Origin: Mustelus asterias
Taxonomy: Eukaryota
DNA length: 64,000 nt
Direction: 5' to 3'
Assembly: GCF_964213995.1 (NCBI RefSeq)
Contig: NW_027590182.1
Span: forward strand, 1 to 64,000
Part shown: positions 21,044-34,435 of the stretch, piece by piece
Layout of the letters: each line of letters opens with the position of its first letter
Numbering within the stretch: position 1 is the first letter of the stretch
The notes under the pieces: generated by a model
The model's input: only the letters and a program-made list of their open reading frames with translations
Told to the model about the DNA's origin: nothing
Databases searched by the model: none
Position numbers and translations under genes: made by a program

Positions 21044-21133
21044 AGGCTTGCCCACAATTTGAACCCGGGACCACTCGCACGTTTGCAGATTTTAACATCC
21101 AAAGCGAGAATCACACCCCTAGTCCATCAAGCC
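21044..21133 (-). pseudogene. Intron-containing tRNA-Pro(TGG) pseudogene
   Basis: Reverse strand GGCTTGATGGACTAGGGGTGTGATTCTCGCTTTGGA[tgttaaaatctgcaaacg]TGCGAGTGGTCCCGGGTTCAAATTGTGGGCAAGCCT: tRNA-Pro body with an 18-nt insert after position 37. Confidence 0.75.
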
Positions 21134-21575
21134 ATCTCTCAAATCGCATGTCAACTAAATGTATTTTCACTGCCATGTAAAAGCGGATCCGACATCTGCA
21201 CTGAAATGTGTTGAGGTTGGAAAAACTCAGGAAGTTAGCCGGCGTGTGTGCATATGGAAACAAAGTTAAACCTTCACCTCCATGACCTTTCATTAACATT
21301 GGGAATGTTTAGAAATAGAAGAAGTTTTAAAAAAGTGAAATCTAGCAGGGAGGAAACATAACAACATCTGGTAGCGTGGAAGCCAGGAGAAAATAAATGA
21401 GGGAAACAGAGAATGACAGAATGATTACACCACAGAATGAGACGATTACAACGTTACTTGCACGACTCACATGTGTTGTGGGTGTAGGGGAAGCAGAGGA
21501 CGTACTGTACATATACTTCAACAGAACTGCAGTGATGAGGTTGGTGGGCTTGAAAATTGAACGTTACACATCGAA

Positions 21576-21995
21576 TCATAGGAACATGGGAATTGGAAGC
21601 AGATGCAGGCAAATTCAGCCCTTTGGTCCTGCTCCACCATTCAATCAGATCATTGTTGACCTCTCCTTGATCTGAAATCCACCTCCCCACCTGTTCTCCA
21701 TATCCTTTAATGGATTTTTCTTTACCAGAACTAAATCTATCCTTTCTTGAAATCATTGAACGATTCAGATTCGACCGCGCTATGGAACAGCGAGTTCCAC
21801 CAATTCACCACCCTCTGCGAGCAGTAGTTCCCCCTCATCTCAGTTTTCAATGTACCGGCTCTCAAACTATAGAAGTGATCTCTTGTTCGACATTGCCCCA
21901 TAGGAAGAAACGTTTCGTCTACCTTTGCTCTATCAATCCATTTAGAGTTTTATATACCTCGATCAGATTCTCCTTCATCCTTCTAAACTTCAGCA
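21576..21995 (-). mobile_element. Old CR1-type LINE 3' fragment
   Basis: ataggaacatgggaattggaagcagat...cagccctttggtcctgctccaccattcaatcagatc is a typical shark CR1 3' end; paralog at 38580-38992. Confidence 0.65.
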
Positions 21996-22197
21996 GCTTG
22001 TGGGATTATTTCACCTCACCCTCAATTCCATGTCCCAACGAATTCAATCCGTGTTGTCATCAGCTGAAGGAGGCATTTATGTTCTATCCAAACAGAACAT
22101 TTTGAAGGAGAAACATGTCACAAGTGAAAAAGATCTGAGATAGAAATAATGAGCAAGGTTCATAAGTTAAGTCAGTTTAAAAAACACAGTTCACTAG

Positions 22198-22268
22198 TTT
22201 CCCTGGTAGTTCAGTGTTTGTGTTCAACATTCCCCCAGGGATAACTTGTTTCAATTCCCGCTGAGGAA
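22198..22268 (+). pseudogene. Highly degenerate tRNA-Glu-like pseudogene
   Basis: tccctggtagttcagtg...gtttcaattcccgctgaggaa; paralogs at ~39196-39268 (+) and ~54905-54977 (-). Confidence 0.45.
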
Positions 22269-23192
22269 AATAAGACTATTTGCTCTCAGCAAACCATCAA
22301 TAATGATCTGATTTACTCTCCGATCGAATACAGGTCTACTAGAATAAGCCGAGTGAGGTTTGCAAGTTTATATCAGAGCTGGAAATTTCACATGTGCAAC
22401 AGTTCAAGAATAAATACAGAAAGAGAAGGAAAGTGTAAGGCAGCAAACTACGAACGGTTGAGACGTTTTTGCAAGGTAAAATCTGTCTGGTAATGGGTCA
22501 GATTTTACTGTTTACAGTGACACTGAATTATGAAACTGTTCCCTCACCCTGCATTGAAAAGCATTTGGAAATATTTCTGTCCGGTTCCGAACAGTCGGAA
22601 GCAAAAGTGATAAATGCAGTGGAGTGTCCGTTGTATGTTATCATTGGATGAGCACATCACTGGTGTTGAACCACAAGTTGCCATTTTGCAGGAGAAAGCT
22701 GTTTGTGGCGAAACTGGTCTGGCGTGAAAACAAAAGCAGCGTGGATAATTTAAATTCTAAAACACGCTGTGAGCTGGTGGTTAGAGTTTGACTTTTTCGC
22801 TGCTGTTTAGATTACTGGTCTGGAACTGAAGATTTATTGCCACCATCCAAACTCTGAAAACAAATGTGAGTTATTGCCTGGATGAACACATAAAACATAA
22901 TATGATCCTTAAGTGCAGACTCTGTGCAAATTCAACAGGAGGTTCCGTTGTCATTTCTGGCAGGAAATTGGGAAGAGACGAGCTTAAGGACAGTTTAAAT
23001 GATGCCGGCCCTTCACTGCAGCTCATTGTGTCTCTGACGTGAGATGATTTCTGTTTGTTTCGCAGTTCAGACTTACCTGAATCAGTGAAGGAGCAGGCTC
23101 CTTCCTCCTGATGGCCTTTCCAAGGTCCATTGGGTTTAATGAATTTCGGTAACATTATCATTAAATAACATGATCGCGATGCGTTGCAACGT

Positions 23193-23274
23193 GGTAGCGC
23201 GGCCGAGCGGTCTAAGGCGCTGGATTAAGGCTTCAGTCTCTACGGAGGCGTGGGTTCGAATCCCACTGCTGCGA
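23193..23274 (+). tRNA. trnL-AAG: tRNA-Leu(AAG), probably impaired
   Basis: 82-nt type II tRNA, loop TT-AAG-GC; carries U8>C and a G1:G72 acceptor mismatch. Confidence 0.7.
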
Positions 23275-23903
23275 GCATGGATTTGGCCTAACAGCTCAGT
23301 TTGAATACAGGAGTGTGTGCCGTGTCGTTTTTGTCAGGAACAACGAGCAGACACATGACCAACTGAAAAAGTTGCTGGGGTGAAGCAGCGTGTGTGCAAG
23401 TGGCTCCTTTCGAGAGCATGCACAGGCTGAATTTCTGACTGCGGAGTCAGAAGACCTGTTGAGATGTTCCAGCATTGTCTGTTTTTGTTTCAGATTCCAG
23501 CATCCGCAGTATTTTGCTTTTACCGCCACCATTTACATTCCGTTTTTTTTGTCTATCACAACTTTGTCAACTCTTACGCACGGCTCCCACCCTCACCCCC
23601 CGTATCTCCCACACTTAAAGTGTAAATCTCGTCCTCCTTTACTGTCTTCATCTTTGATGACTGACCATACAGATTTGAAATGTTGGCTCTATTCTCTCTC
23701 CAGAGATGCCGTCATGCCTGTTGAGATTTTACAGCATTTTAAGTTTTTCTTTTAAGTTCCAGCATCTGCAGTAATTTGCTGTTCGCTGAAGGAATCATTG
23801 GTGTTCTATCTGAACATGAGGGTTTTTTTTTCCGACAATCCTTTCTTGAGTATTTGAAAAACGCTACAATGTACCAGTCAGATGAAAGCATTTGCTCCCA
23901 TCT

Positions 23904-23975
23904 TCCCTGGTGGTCTAGTGGTTAGGATTTGGCGCTTTCATCGCCGCGGCCCGGGTTCGATTCCCGGTCAGGGAA
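23904..23975 (+). tRNA. trnE-UUC: tRNA-Glu(TTC)
   Basis: TCCCTGGTGGTCTAGTGGTTAGGATTTGGCGCTTTCATCGCCGCGGCCCGGGTTCGATTCCCGGTCAGGGAA forms a full cloverleaf with a TTTT terminator nearby. Confidence 0.88.
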
Positions 23976-25739
23976 TGTTGATTTTATAGCTGCCGCCCAG
24001 CACATGATTAAGGAGGGGCTGAAATTACTTCCTGATCGATGACAGAAGTGATCATTGTGCCAGTTTGAGCTCCCTGGAGAAACAAAATAAACCCATTTGC
24101 ACAATCCCGTCAATTGTCCCCGGCAATTTATGTTTACATCCTCCCTTGCTTTATATCACAGAACATCCGTTTTGTTCTTTTCACAGGTTGATTCATGGCG
24201 TTACCATCAGAAAATGTTGGAAATACTCGGCAGGTCAGTTAATGTTCCGTGGCAAATGCGTGATTATTTCTGAAAGCTGAGTTACTCTGAAATTGAAAAC
24301 ATTTGGAAATGTTTCTGTAAAGGTGAAATACTGCTCATGCTGGAACCTGAAACACAAAAAAACATACTTGAAAATCTCAGCAGGTCTGACAGCATCTGTG
24401 AAGAGAGAACAGAGCCAATGTGTCGAATCAGGAAATCTGATGAAGGGTCATCCAGATTTGAAACGTTTGTTTCCTCACAGAGGTTGTCAATCCTGCTGAG
24501 ATTTTCCACCATTTTCTATTCCTGTTTAATAAGTTTCTGCTCAGGATTGAACCAGGAAATTTGCATGTGTACGGCGACCGTGATAAGTACCACACTACAG
24601 AAACGCTGCGATGCAATGATGTAAGGAAACTGGCTCCACAAACACGTCAATTACCGACAGCAATTTATATTTGCATTGTGTCTGCTCGTACCTCCTGTTA
24701 AAATGTTTAACGATACAATCTCCTGCGTAGAATTCGTGTGATAACATGCACGACCTACCTTGCATTAAATTGATCTTTCTCTACACCCAAACTATGACTG
24801 TAACAGTACGTTCTGCACTCTCTCGTTTCCTTCTCGATGAATGATATGCTTTGGCTGTGTAGCGCACAAGAAAAATACTTTCCGCTGTATGCTAATGCAT
24901 GTGACAATAATCAATCAAATTTACTCCATGAAGTTAATTAATTGAACATTTAGCAGTGATGGGCTTCGATCACGCGCTTTAACTAACGCGACTGCCTTGA
25001 ATTCAGGACCTGAGACTTCAATGCTGTCAGCAGAATCCATTGGTACCGGAACTGATATTGACAGTGAACAGAATCAATGAAAGAAAACTGGACGACATGT
25101 CCCATTGAGCCTCCTCCACGACAGAAATAAGGCAGATCCGCAACCTCAACCCCAATTTCCCAGCTTATACCAATAAGGTCTTCATTCCCTTAGATTCCAA
25201 AATCACTCCAACTCAACCTTCAATATCCTCAGCGACTGAGGATCCACGTACCTCTGGGCAGCTGCACAATTCTAAAGATACACAAGCGTTTGGGAGAAGA
25301 AATGTCTCCTTACCTCAGTCATAAATGGCTGGCACCTGACCCAGAGAATGTAGGTCCAGAGTGCCTGACCAAGACACTTGTCGCCATTCTAACCCACTTA
25401 TCCTCACACATTTACCATGGCTCATCCATCTGACCGACATCAACTGCACCGCGAGTGAGAGAGTGAAAGCAGAAATATGACTGTGGCGATTTTACTGAGC
25501 GCATTTTCTTTCCAATAATTGGAAAAAAAAATATTTTGTTGGATCCATATTCAGTTCATATTCAACAACGAAATACAATCTGGGAATTTTCAAGCAGTAA
25601 ATTTCGATCATGTTCGACCCTGTTTCGAATCGGACAGTCTATCCTATATGATAAGCCTCACACTATAGAAACTCTGCTCATGACCAATGTGACCGGCCTA
25701 GGATATCAAACCGGGCAGTCTGATTGCTATTTAGAACCT

Positions 25740-27000
25740 TGCGTGGGTCCTTAATTATACTGGCTGCTTTGCCGAGGCAGCGGGAAGAGCCAATGGATGG
25801 GAGGCAAGTTTGCGTGATGATCTGAGCTACGTTCACGACCCTTTGTAGTTCCTTGCGGTCCAGGGTAGAGCAGGAGCCATACCAAAATGTGATACAACCA
25901 GAAAGAATGCTTTCTATGGTGCATCTGCAAACGTAGGTGAGAGTCGTAGCTGACATGCCAAATTTCCTTAGTCTTCTGAGAAAGTAGAGGCGTTGTTTGG
26001 CTTTCTTAACTATAGTGTCAGCATGGGGCGACCAGGACAGGTTGTTAGTGATCTGGAGACCTAAAAACTTGAAGCTCTCGACCCTTTCTACTTCGTCTCC
26101 GTTGATGTAGACAGGGGCAATTTCTCCTCTACGCTTCCTGAGGTCGAGGACAATCTCATTCGTTTTGTTGACATTGAGGGAGAAATTATTGTCGCCGGGC
26201 CAATTTCACCAGCTTCTCTATCTCATTCTTGTACTCTGTCTCCTCATTATCTGATATCAGACCCACTATGGTGGTGTCGCCAGCCAACTTGAAAATCGAA
26301 TTGGAGGGGAATTTGGCCACACAGTCATGGATATATCAGGACTGTAGGAGGGGGCTGAGAACACGACCTGGTGGGGCACCAGTGTTGAGGATGACCGTGG
26401 AGGAGGTGCTGTTGTCTATCCTTACTGATAGTGTCCTGTGGGTTAGGAAGTTCAGGATCCAGTCGCAGAGGGAAGGGCCGAGGTCAAGGCCATGGAGTTT
26501 GGAGATGCGTTTCGTCGGAATAAGGCTGAGCTGTAGTCAATAAATAGGAGTCTGAAATAGGCGTCTTTGTTATCTCGGTGTGCCAGGGTTGAGTGCAGGG
26601 CCAGGGAGATGGTGTCTGCTGTGGACCTGTTGCGGCGGTAGACGAACTGTAGTGGACCCAGGCAGCCCTGGAGGCTGGAATTGACTCGTGCTATGACTAG
26701 CCTTCGAAGCACTTCATAATGATGGATGTCAGAGCCACCAGACGGTATTCATTAAGGCACGCTGCTTGGATTTTCTTTGGTACTGGGATGATGGTTGTCT
26801 TCTTGAAGCAGAAGTAAAGAGTGGTTGAAGATGTCTGCGAATACCCCCGCCAGCTGATCCACGCAGGATCTGAGTTCACGTCCGGGTACCCCATCCGGGC
26901 CAGTCGCTTTCAGTGGGTTGAACTTCGAGAAAGCTGCCCCGACATCTGCAATGATGACCTCTGGTACAGTTTCATCCAAGGCTCCCAGGGTGGAGGGAAC
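25740..27000 (-). mobile_element. Rex1/Babar-clade LINE fragment (degenerate RT)
   Basis: [48 protein letters not shown]...LLFIDYSSA and CTIESILSGCITxWYG motifs. Confidence 0.85.
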
Positions 27001-27951
27001 GCATCGTTTCTGTCATGTACTGATTACACATTCACCGAACCAAAGATTCCCTGTTGGAAAGCGGGCGGAAGTATACTTTTAACCTCAGAGTGAGGAAATG
27101 AGCAATAATTCACGTTTATTGCTGAATATTAACTGAATACTGTATCTTATACTGTGTTACACTTCCCCTTCCCCTTCACAGTTCCGTATTCAAACCCCAC
27201 AGAACATTTTTCGCAGACTCTCCTTTCCAACTCTGAATGGTCAGAAAGCTTCCCTCAAATCTGCACAGTCCGGCTGATTGCTTTTGATTTGTTTGTGATT
27301 ATTAAAGGCGAAGCCACGTTTCAGATGGAGAAACAAACCCAACAATGATTCTCTCTTCTCCGGCTCCACATTGGAGACAGGGACAAGCAGCAGGATTTTA
27401 ACCCGCACTCTCCAATCACCCGCTGACAGCAGAAAGGCGCGACTGCAGATGCACCTGTACGTTGTTTTAAACTCAGAGTGAATATTTATTGTTGAAAATT
27501 AACTGAATAGAGTATTTTACACTGCATGTTACATTTCCCCATCCATCTGTACACACACAAACGCAATATTTTTCACTGACTCCCGTTTCCATCTCTGACG
27601 GTTCAGAAAGCTTCTCCCAAACCTGCACATTCCGGATCTTCCTTTCGTTCGTTGAACAGAAGCACCGCTGATCAACATTTATTGCCCATCCCCAGTTGAG
27701 GGACAACCACTTTGCTGTGGCTCTGGAGTCACGCGTTGGCCAGACCATCTAACAGCAGCAGATTTCCTTCCCCAACAGACATTAGTGAATCATGATTTTT
27801 AGCAACAACAGATGTTGTTTCAGGGTCATCAGTGGATTTTTATTCCAATCTTATTTATTGTATTCAAACTCCACCAGCTGTCCTGGCCGTCCCCAGAATC
27901 TCAGCTGGTCGAGGGATCACACCACTGGACGATCGTCTCACCTAAAACAAC

Positions 27952-28046
27952 TGCTCTAGGTGAGGCTCGAACTCACAACCTCGGCATAGCCCGCTGGCTG
28001 CACTGCTGTATAAGTACCGCGCGCTAACCGATTGCGCCACTGGAGC
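27952..28046 (-). tRNA. trnI-UAU: tRNA-Ile(TAT) with 21-nt intron
   Basis: GCTCCAGTGGCGCAATCGGTTAGCGCGCGGTACTTATA[cagcagtgcagccagcgggct]ATGCCGAGGTTGTGAGTTCGAGCCTCACCTAGAGCA; one acceptor mismatch (C5:A68). Confidence 0.85.
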
Positions 28047-28987
28047 ACGGCGCGTTGCTCATTTGTGACAGATTATGAAAGGCTGCAGCAGCGTTATCGC
28101 CGTTAATAACAGTTATTCGAGACCACATTTCAGACAGGGAAACAAATCCATCGCTGATTTTTTTCCCCCGGCTCCACAGTGAGTGAGACAGGGAGAAGCA
28201 GCAGGATTTGACCTCGCAGTATCCAATCGCCAGCAGAAAGCGGCGATTGCAGCTTGAATCAGCGGGTTACTGCCCATCCCTGGGACACAAGGTCCAATTC
28301 CGTTCAAACCTCCCCATAAACCGAACACAAGCTCGGCAAAACGCAAATAGATCATGTCCGGCTCACTGAACCTTCGAGTAGCATTTACACAACACCTGAG
28401 TGATTCACAAACAAAATTCACACCAACTTTCCAGAACTTTTCATTGAAATATTCCTCCATTTGGTTGAAAAACTGAGTGTTTTGGATCTGGAAATAAGCA
28501 CCATGGGATTTGTGTTACGCAGTGACTTGTTTCCCATGGTTAGCCTTCAGGTTTGCAATTCCATTTGTGTTATATATTGAAGCGAATCTTACGTCAAAAT
28601 TAGGAGAAAACAAGGGAAATATTAACTCTTGGAACAAATCGTGAGGGAAATGGATCAAAATATTTGGAAGGAAGTGCAGCTGTGAATGGTGTTATTGATG
28701 ATTGAGTGGAAAGCATTGGATCGTTGGGGTACTGGTTTTCAGTTCCCTTCCCTCCTGTTGAATTCCTCCCTGTGATAAGAGACATGGATTCATTTTACCT
28801 GCACGTTCATAGGAGAAAGGGAATAACCAACACGCTACAGCAGTGCTGCGGGATCAACGGAACTAAAGAGACTTGTATAGAATTGTAAACAGTGCGGTCA
28901 TGCTGCAGTTCTGGAACAGGCTTTGCAGAAATAGAATTGTGGTCATTGACACACTAGTTTAGAATACATTTAACAGTTGTTACTGCA

Positions 28988-29062
28988 GTCTCTGTGGCAC
29001 AATTGGTCAGCGCGTTCGACTGTTATTCGTAAAGGTTGCTGGTTCGAGGCCATCCAAAGGCG
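28988..29062 (+). pseudogene. tRNA-Asn(GTT) pseudogene
   Basis: gtctctgtggcacaattggtcagcgcgttcgactgtta... with broken anticodon and acceptor stems. Confidence 0.75.
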
Positions 29063-29839
29063 GAGTTTTACTATTTTCTCACCATCAGCATTCACAGGCA
29101 AACAGTTGCGTGTTGGCAATGAGTTTGTGGGCGTCAATAAAAATAGTTTTCAATTGTTACCGGCTGTACTGTTATCTGGTGTTACCAACATTATTCAATG
29201 ACGATTGACTTCAAACATATTACATACAACATTATATACATGCTTCTATTATTCCATTAAACTTAAAAATTACAATCGAAACATGAACTTGTGGCCGAGC
29301 ATTTGTTCCAATTCCATATCCCTGCTTCCATTCATTCCTGGATAGATCATAAATCTGTCTAAGCCAGAGTGAAATATGTTCAATGATGGAGCATCAGAAC
29401 CCTCGAGCTAGAGAATTCCAAAGATTCACGAGCCTTTGAGTGAAGAATATTCTCCTCATCGCAATCCTAAATCATCAGCGCCTTATCCTGAGATTGTGCT
29501 CCCGTGTTTTAGATTCCCGGATCAGGAAAAAATAATGCCTCAGCTTTTCAATGGTACCTATTCTTTCTCGTTATAGCTGTTGAGATTTTCCAGCATGTTC
29601 TGTTTTTGATTCAGATTCCAACATCGTCAGATTTTGCTTTTATTCTGTCTAAAATGCGGGGATCCAAACTGCGCACACTATTCCAAATGTGGTCTCAACA
29701 AAACCCTGAATTACTGTAGCAAGACTTCAAACACTTCAAAACTTAACTCCGTGCTCAAGGCTGGAAGAAGAGCGTGACAGTGGATAATTCGCACTGTGTG
29801 CATTCCTGCAATCAGGAACTGGATCAGGAAGATGAGATA

Positions 29840-31035
29840 CAAAGAACAAAGAGCAATACAGCACAGGAACAGGCCCTTCGGCCCTCCAAGCCCGTGCCAC
29901 TCCCTGGTCCAAACCACACCATTCTTTTGTATCCCTCCATTCCCACTCCGTTCATATGGCTATCTAGATAAGTCTTAAACGTTCCCAGTCTGTCCGCCTC
30001 CACCACCTTGCCTGGCAGCGCATTCCAGGCCCCCACCACCCTCTGTGTAAAATATGTCCTTCTGATATCTGTGTGAAACCGCGCGCCCTTCACCTTGAAC
30101 CTATGACCCCTCGTGAACGTCACCACCGACCTGGGGAAAAGTTTCCCACCGTTCACCCTATCTATGCCTTTCATAATTTTATACACCTCTATTAAGTCTC
30201 CCCTCATCCTCCGTCTTTCCAGGGAGAACAACCCCAGTTTACCCAATCTCTCCTCATAACTAAGCCCCTCCATACCAGGCAACATCCTGGTAAACCTCCT
30301 CTGTACTCTCTCCAAAGCCTCCACGTCTTTCTGGTAGTGTGGCGACCAGAACTGGACGCAGTATTCCAAATGCAGCCGAACCAACGTTCTATACATCTGC
30401 AACATCAGACCCCAACTTTTATACTCTATGCCCCGTCCTATCAATGCCATATGCCTTCTTCACCACCTTCTCCACCTGTGACGTCACCTTCAAGCATCTG
30501 TGGACTTGCACACCCAGGTCCCTCTGCGTATCTACACCCTTTATTGTTCTGCCATTTATCGTATAGCTCCTCCCTACAGTATTTCTACCAAAATGCATCA
30601 CTTCGCATTGATCAGGATTGAACTCCATCTGCCATTTCTTTGCCCAAATTTCCAGCCTATCTATGTCCTTCTGTAGCCTCTGACAATGCTCCTCACTATC
30701 TGCAAGACCTGCCAATTTTGTGTCGTCCGCAAACTTACTGATCACCCCAGTTACACCTTCTTCCAGATCGTTTATATAAATCACAAACAGCAGAGGTCCC
30801 AATACAGAGCCCTGCGGAACACCACTAGTCAGAGGCCTCCAGCCGGAAAAAGACCCTTCCACTACCACCCTCTGTCTTTTGTGACCAAGCCAGTTCTCCA
30901 CCCATCTCGCCACCTCCTCCTTTATCCCATGAGATCCAACCTTTTTCACCAGCCTACAATGAGGGACTTTGTCAAACGCTTTACTAAAGTCCATATAGAC
31001 GACATCCACGGCCCTTCCCTCGTCAACTATTCTAG
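29840..31035 (-). mobile_element. CR1 LINE, 5'-truncated
   Basis: ORFs 29824-31096 carry [29 protein letters not shown] and LEYCVQFWSP; (TTCTTTG)n tail at ~29840. Confidence 0.92.
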
Positions 31036-31571
31036 TCACTGCGCCTCTTTGTACTGTCATCTCTAAACTCCATCTCCTCTCAATGCCGTGTGTCATACAT
31101 TCGCTTTCCCTGCTTTCCAGTTAATGCTCGGGTCACCAACTGTCTGTATCTGTATCAAGCAGCTAATTGACCCTGGGAGCTGGATAGCCAGAGGGAGCTG
31201 GATGTGAGGCAGCGACAGAAACAGGAAGAGACGCGACATGATAGTGTTTCATAAATGATTTGTGTCAGTTTCTCTCCATGATGAATGCCTGCCGTGTGTT
31301 AACTTGTAAGCTTCACAGAAGCCACAGTGATGAGGTTGGTGGGTTTTGGAAATTGAAAGTGTCACATGAGCAACTATTTCACCTCATTGTCGATTTCACG
31401 TTCCAGCTAACAGGAACCACTGTTTTCATTGGCTGATGCTGTCACTTGTGTTCGATCTCAGCATAACAATTTAAAAGAGAAACTTGTTTTTGGTGAATAA
31501 AAAGTCTGAAATAAAAATAGAAGGCAGTTGGTTCATGGCTAAATTAGTTGTTTAAAAAACTTGTATCAAAT

Positions 31572-31635
31572 TCCCTAATGGCTGGGATTCGGCGCTTTCA
31601 CCGCCGTGGCCTGGGTTTGATCACCGGTCAGAGAA
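31572..31635 (+). pseudogene. tRNA-Glu(TTC) pseudogene
   Basis: ggattcggcgctttcaccgccgtggcctgggtttgatcaccggtcagagaa with a deleted D-arm region. Confidence 0.7.
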
Positions 31636-32236
31636 TCTCGACTTATTGCGGTGTAACAACTCTGCGTTACTTCGTGGTCAGCACCAGCTCTGTCGGAATC
31701 AGTGTTAGGGATATTTTCTCTTCTGCGTCTAAATTGGAAATGTCGCAGGTAAAGAACAAAAAAAAAGAGAGCGATTGGCTGCAAAGCGCTGACGATAGAA
31801 ATGCTGATTCGGTTAAGATCTGGTTATTAATGGAGTAAATTTTATCATTTCTACTGACACAAATATCTCGCAATTCCGTGTACAAATGTCGGGCGCTCAA
31901 TGACAAGAAAAACTTTAATTGAATTCAACAGTAAACTCTCCGACCTCCAGAGAAGTGGAGGCAGTTTTCACTCAGAAAGCAGTAACTAAGAGATCAACAG
32001 CGCGGGATGGAGAGAGACTCAGTTTGAGCGGTGACACTGCGGGAGGAATGGAGAACTGTAGTTCACCCAGAAAAGCAGCAAAGTTCAAAAACAATGGCGC
32101 TCAACGTGGGGCTGGAACCCACGGTCCGTTTTCGGTGATAAATTAATGTTGTTCTGCAGAAGTACCACAAGATGGTTCATCACAGGTTGATACCAACACT
32201 GCTCTTTGAATGCAATAAAATTGAATGCAGTAGAAA

Positions 32237-32488
32237 GGGCGGCACGGTGGCACAGCCGATGCCTCACAGCACCAGGGAGTCAGGTTAAATTTATCGGGTC
32301 ACTGTCTGTGCGGAGTTTGCACATTCGCCCAGTGTCTGCGGGTGCTCCGGTTTCCTTTCTAAGGATGTGTAGGTTAGGTTGATTGGTCATGCTAAATTGA
32401 CCCTGGTGTCAGCTGGATTAGCAGGGTAAATATGTGGGTTTACGGGAATGTGCCGAACGGCCTCCTTCTGTACTGCAGGGATTCTCCG
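32237..32488 (+). mobile_element. HE1-type V-SINE
   Basis: gggcggcacggtggcacag...gggtcactgtctgtgcggagtttgcacatt...ccttctgtactgcagggattct. Confidence 0.8.
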
Positions 32489-32691
32489 AGAATATATCAT
32501 TATTCATTTTGACTGGAGGAACCAAAAGAGGCAATGCAAAATAAAAGTGCTGTGGGTAATCGACGGGATTGTGGAATGGGACGGATTTTTCTCTCTGCTG
32601 TTGAAACTGGCAGCAATATCACACGTTTTCGATCAGGAAGTAATTCCAACTGATCTTAAATCATGTGCTGCAAGAAAACAATAAATCTTCA

Positions 32692-32757
32692 TTCTCTGAC
32701 CGGGAATCGAACCCGGGTCAAGACAACAAAACCGCCGAATCCGAACCACGAGGGAAA
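32692..32757 (-). pseudogene. tRNA-Glu-derived pseudogene
   Basis: Reverse strand ...cccgggttcgattcccggtcagagaa is the tRNA-Glu 3' half. Confidence 0.65.
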
Positions 32758-34361
32758 CCACCTGCACGAATGTTAATCTAACCTATCCATGCGAACGTGG
32801 CGCTTTGCATCGCTGTTAGCATTTTTTTGCAAATCAGAAACAAGTCTGTCTGTCAAGTGCCTCTTGATAAAAACACATTTACTGCGGATGCTGGAATCTG
32901 AAACAAGAACAGAAAATGCTGAAAAATCTCAACAGGTCTGAAAGCACCTGCGAAGAGAGAATAAAGCTAACGTTCAAAGTCTGGATGCCGCTTCGTCGGG
33001 GCTGAAGACAAAAAAGTTTGGACGAGATTTATACTGTAATGATGAGGGATATGGGTGTGGGGTGGGTGACAAAGGTGTCACATATAAATACAAAACCAAA
33101 GGGAATTTAAATGGTAGTGACAATGGATAAGAAGGGTGCTGCTGGCTGCCTATTAAGAGATCAGAATGTGGAAATGGCAGGACAAAGGAAATGTAAGAGA
33201 TGGCCCGAGTGGGGAGGAGGGAGAGGGGGCAACAAGATGGAAAGTGAGATTTTAAATTGACAATGCAAAAAAAGGATATTAAAACATAAATATATGTATA
33301 AAAGAAGAAAGAAAATAATAAAAAAAAAAATAAGATAAAATGAAATAAAACAAAAGAGAGGGAAATGAGGTGAAGATGGAGAAGAGGAGATGCTCTGAAA
33401 TTGTTGAACACAATATTAAATCCGGAACACAGTCAGTGCCGAATCGGGAAATCGGGTGATGTTCCTCCAGTTTGCATTGAAGTGCCTCTTGATGCCTTTG
33501 TTTATTGCCCCTTCCGTCACATTACTGATGATCAAGAGTAGACTGGTGGTAATTGGCAGCGTTGGATTTGACCTGATTTTTGTAAATCGGACAATATTGG
33601 GCAAATTGTATCATTGGCGGTTAGTTGCTAATGTTGTAACTGAGGAACAGCTTAGCTAAGGTGGCCGCAAGTTCTGAAGCGCAATTCTTCAGCACCATTG
33701 CCAGAATATTTTTCAGGGCCAGAGAATTTGCTCCTTCCAATGCCTTCAAGTTTTTTTTCCTGAAATCATATGGAAGAGTGAAGTGTATCTGTTCCATTCG
33801 GTATCTACCCACTCTGGCTCTTTCTCTCTATAGATCTGCCTCAGTCCTTTCCTCTCTCAGTCTAACTATCCATTTCCCTCTTTTGTTTTTGTTCCTCCTA
33901 TTCTCACCCTGTCTGGGTGGAATCAAGTTTAATTGAATTGAATCCTGAAATTAGGCGGTTGTTGAGCTGGGGTTGATTTTAATGGCGGAGGAGACTCAAA
34001 GGGACATGTGATCTAATCCAACTCCATTGATTCTGTTCACTGCCAATACTAGTTCTGACAGCAATGACTTCTGTTGGTGTCGTTGATAGGAAGTTTAAGG
34101 CACTAAATTTAGGATCGCGACATTTGTGGAGGAGTGTGATCAAATTCTCCCAATGTCAGATTTCACTTAAATTACTTTAAACGTTACGAACTTTGATCAA
34201 ACATGTGATTATTAAAGTTGAATGCAGTAGAATGCGTCATCATTCATTTTGATTAGATAAACCAGCAGAGAGAATATAAAGTGACCAACTGACGGGGCTT
34301 GTGGAACGAGTTTAATTGCTCCACAAGTAAACCGGATCTGCTTCAAGTCATGCATCACAAA

Positions 34362-34435
34362 GTTTCTGTAGTGCAGTGGTTACCACGTTTGCGTCACACG
34401 CGTCAAAGTCCCCGGGTCAAGACCGAGCAAAAACA
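34362..34435 (+). pseudogene. tRNA-Val(CAC) pseudogene
   Basis: gtttctgtagtgcagtggttaccacgtttgcgtcacacgcg...; B box mutated. Confidence 0.7.

Larger units (their letters stand above)
14235..29650 (+). repeat. tRNA-cluster segmental duplication, copy A (paralogous to 32690-50140)
   Basis: Collinear anchors: 14390/32841, Val 16609/34362, Gln 17677/35558, Pro 21044/38061, Leu 23193/40585, Glu 23904/42232, Rex1 25740/44520, Ile 27952/48441, Asn 28988/49476, end 29640/50130. Confidence 0.9.

Noticed and set aside
28113-28460. ORF conserved with 48619-48948, suggesting a duplicated gene
   Set aside because: Similarity is explained by the recent segmental duplication; the frames diverge by an indel and there are no domain or splice signals.
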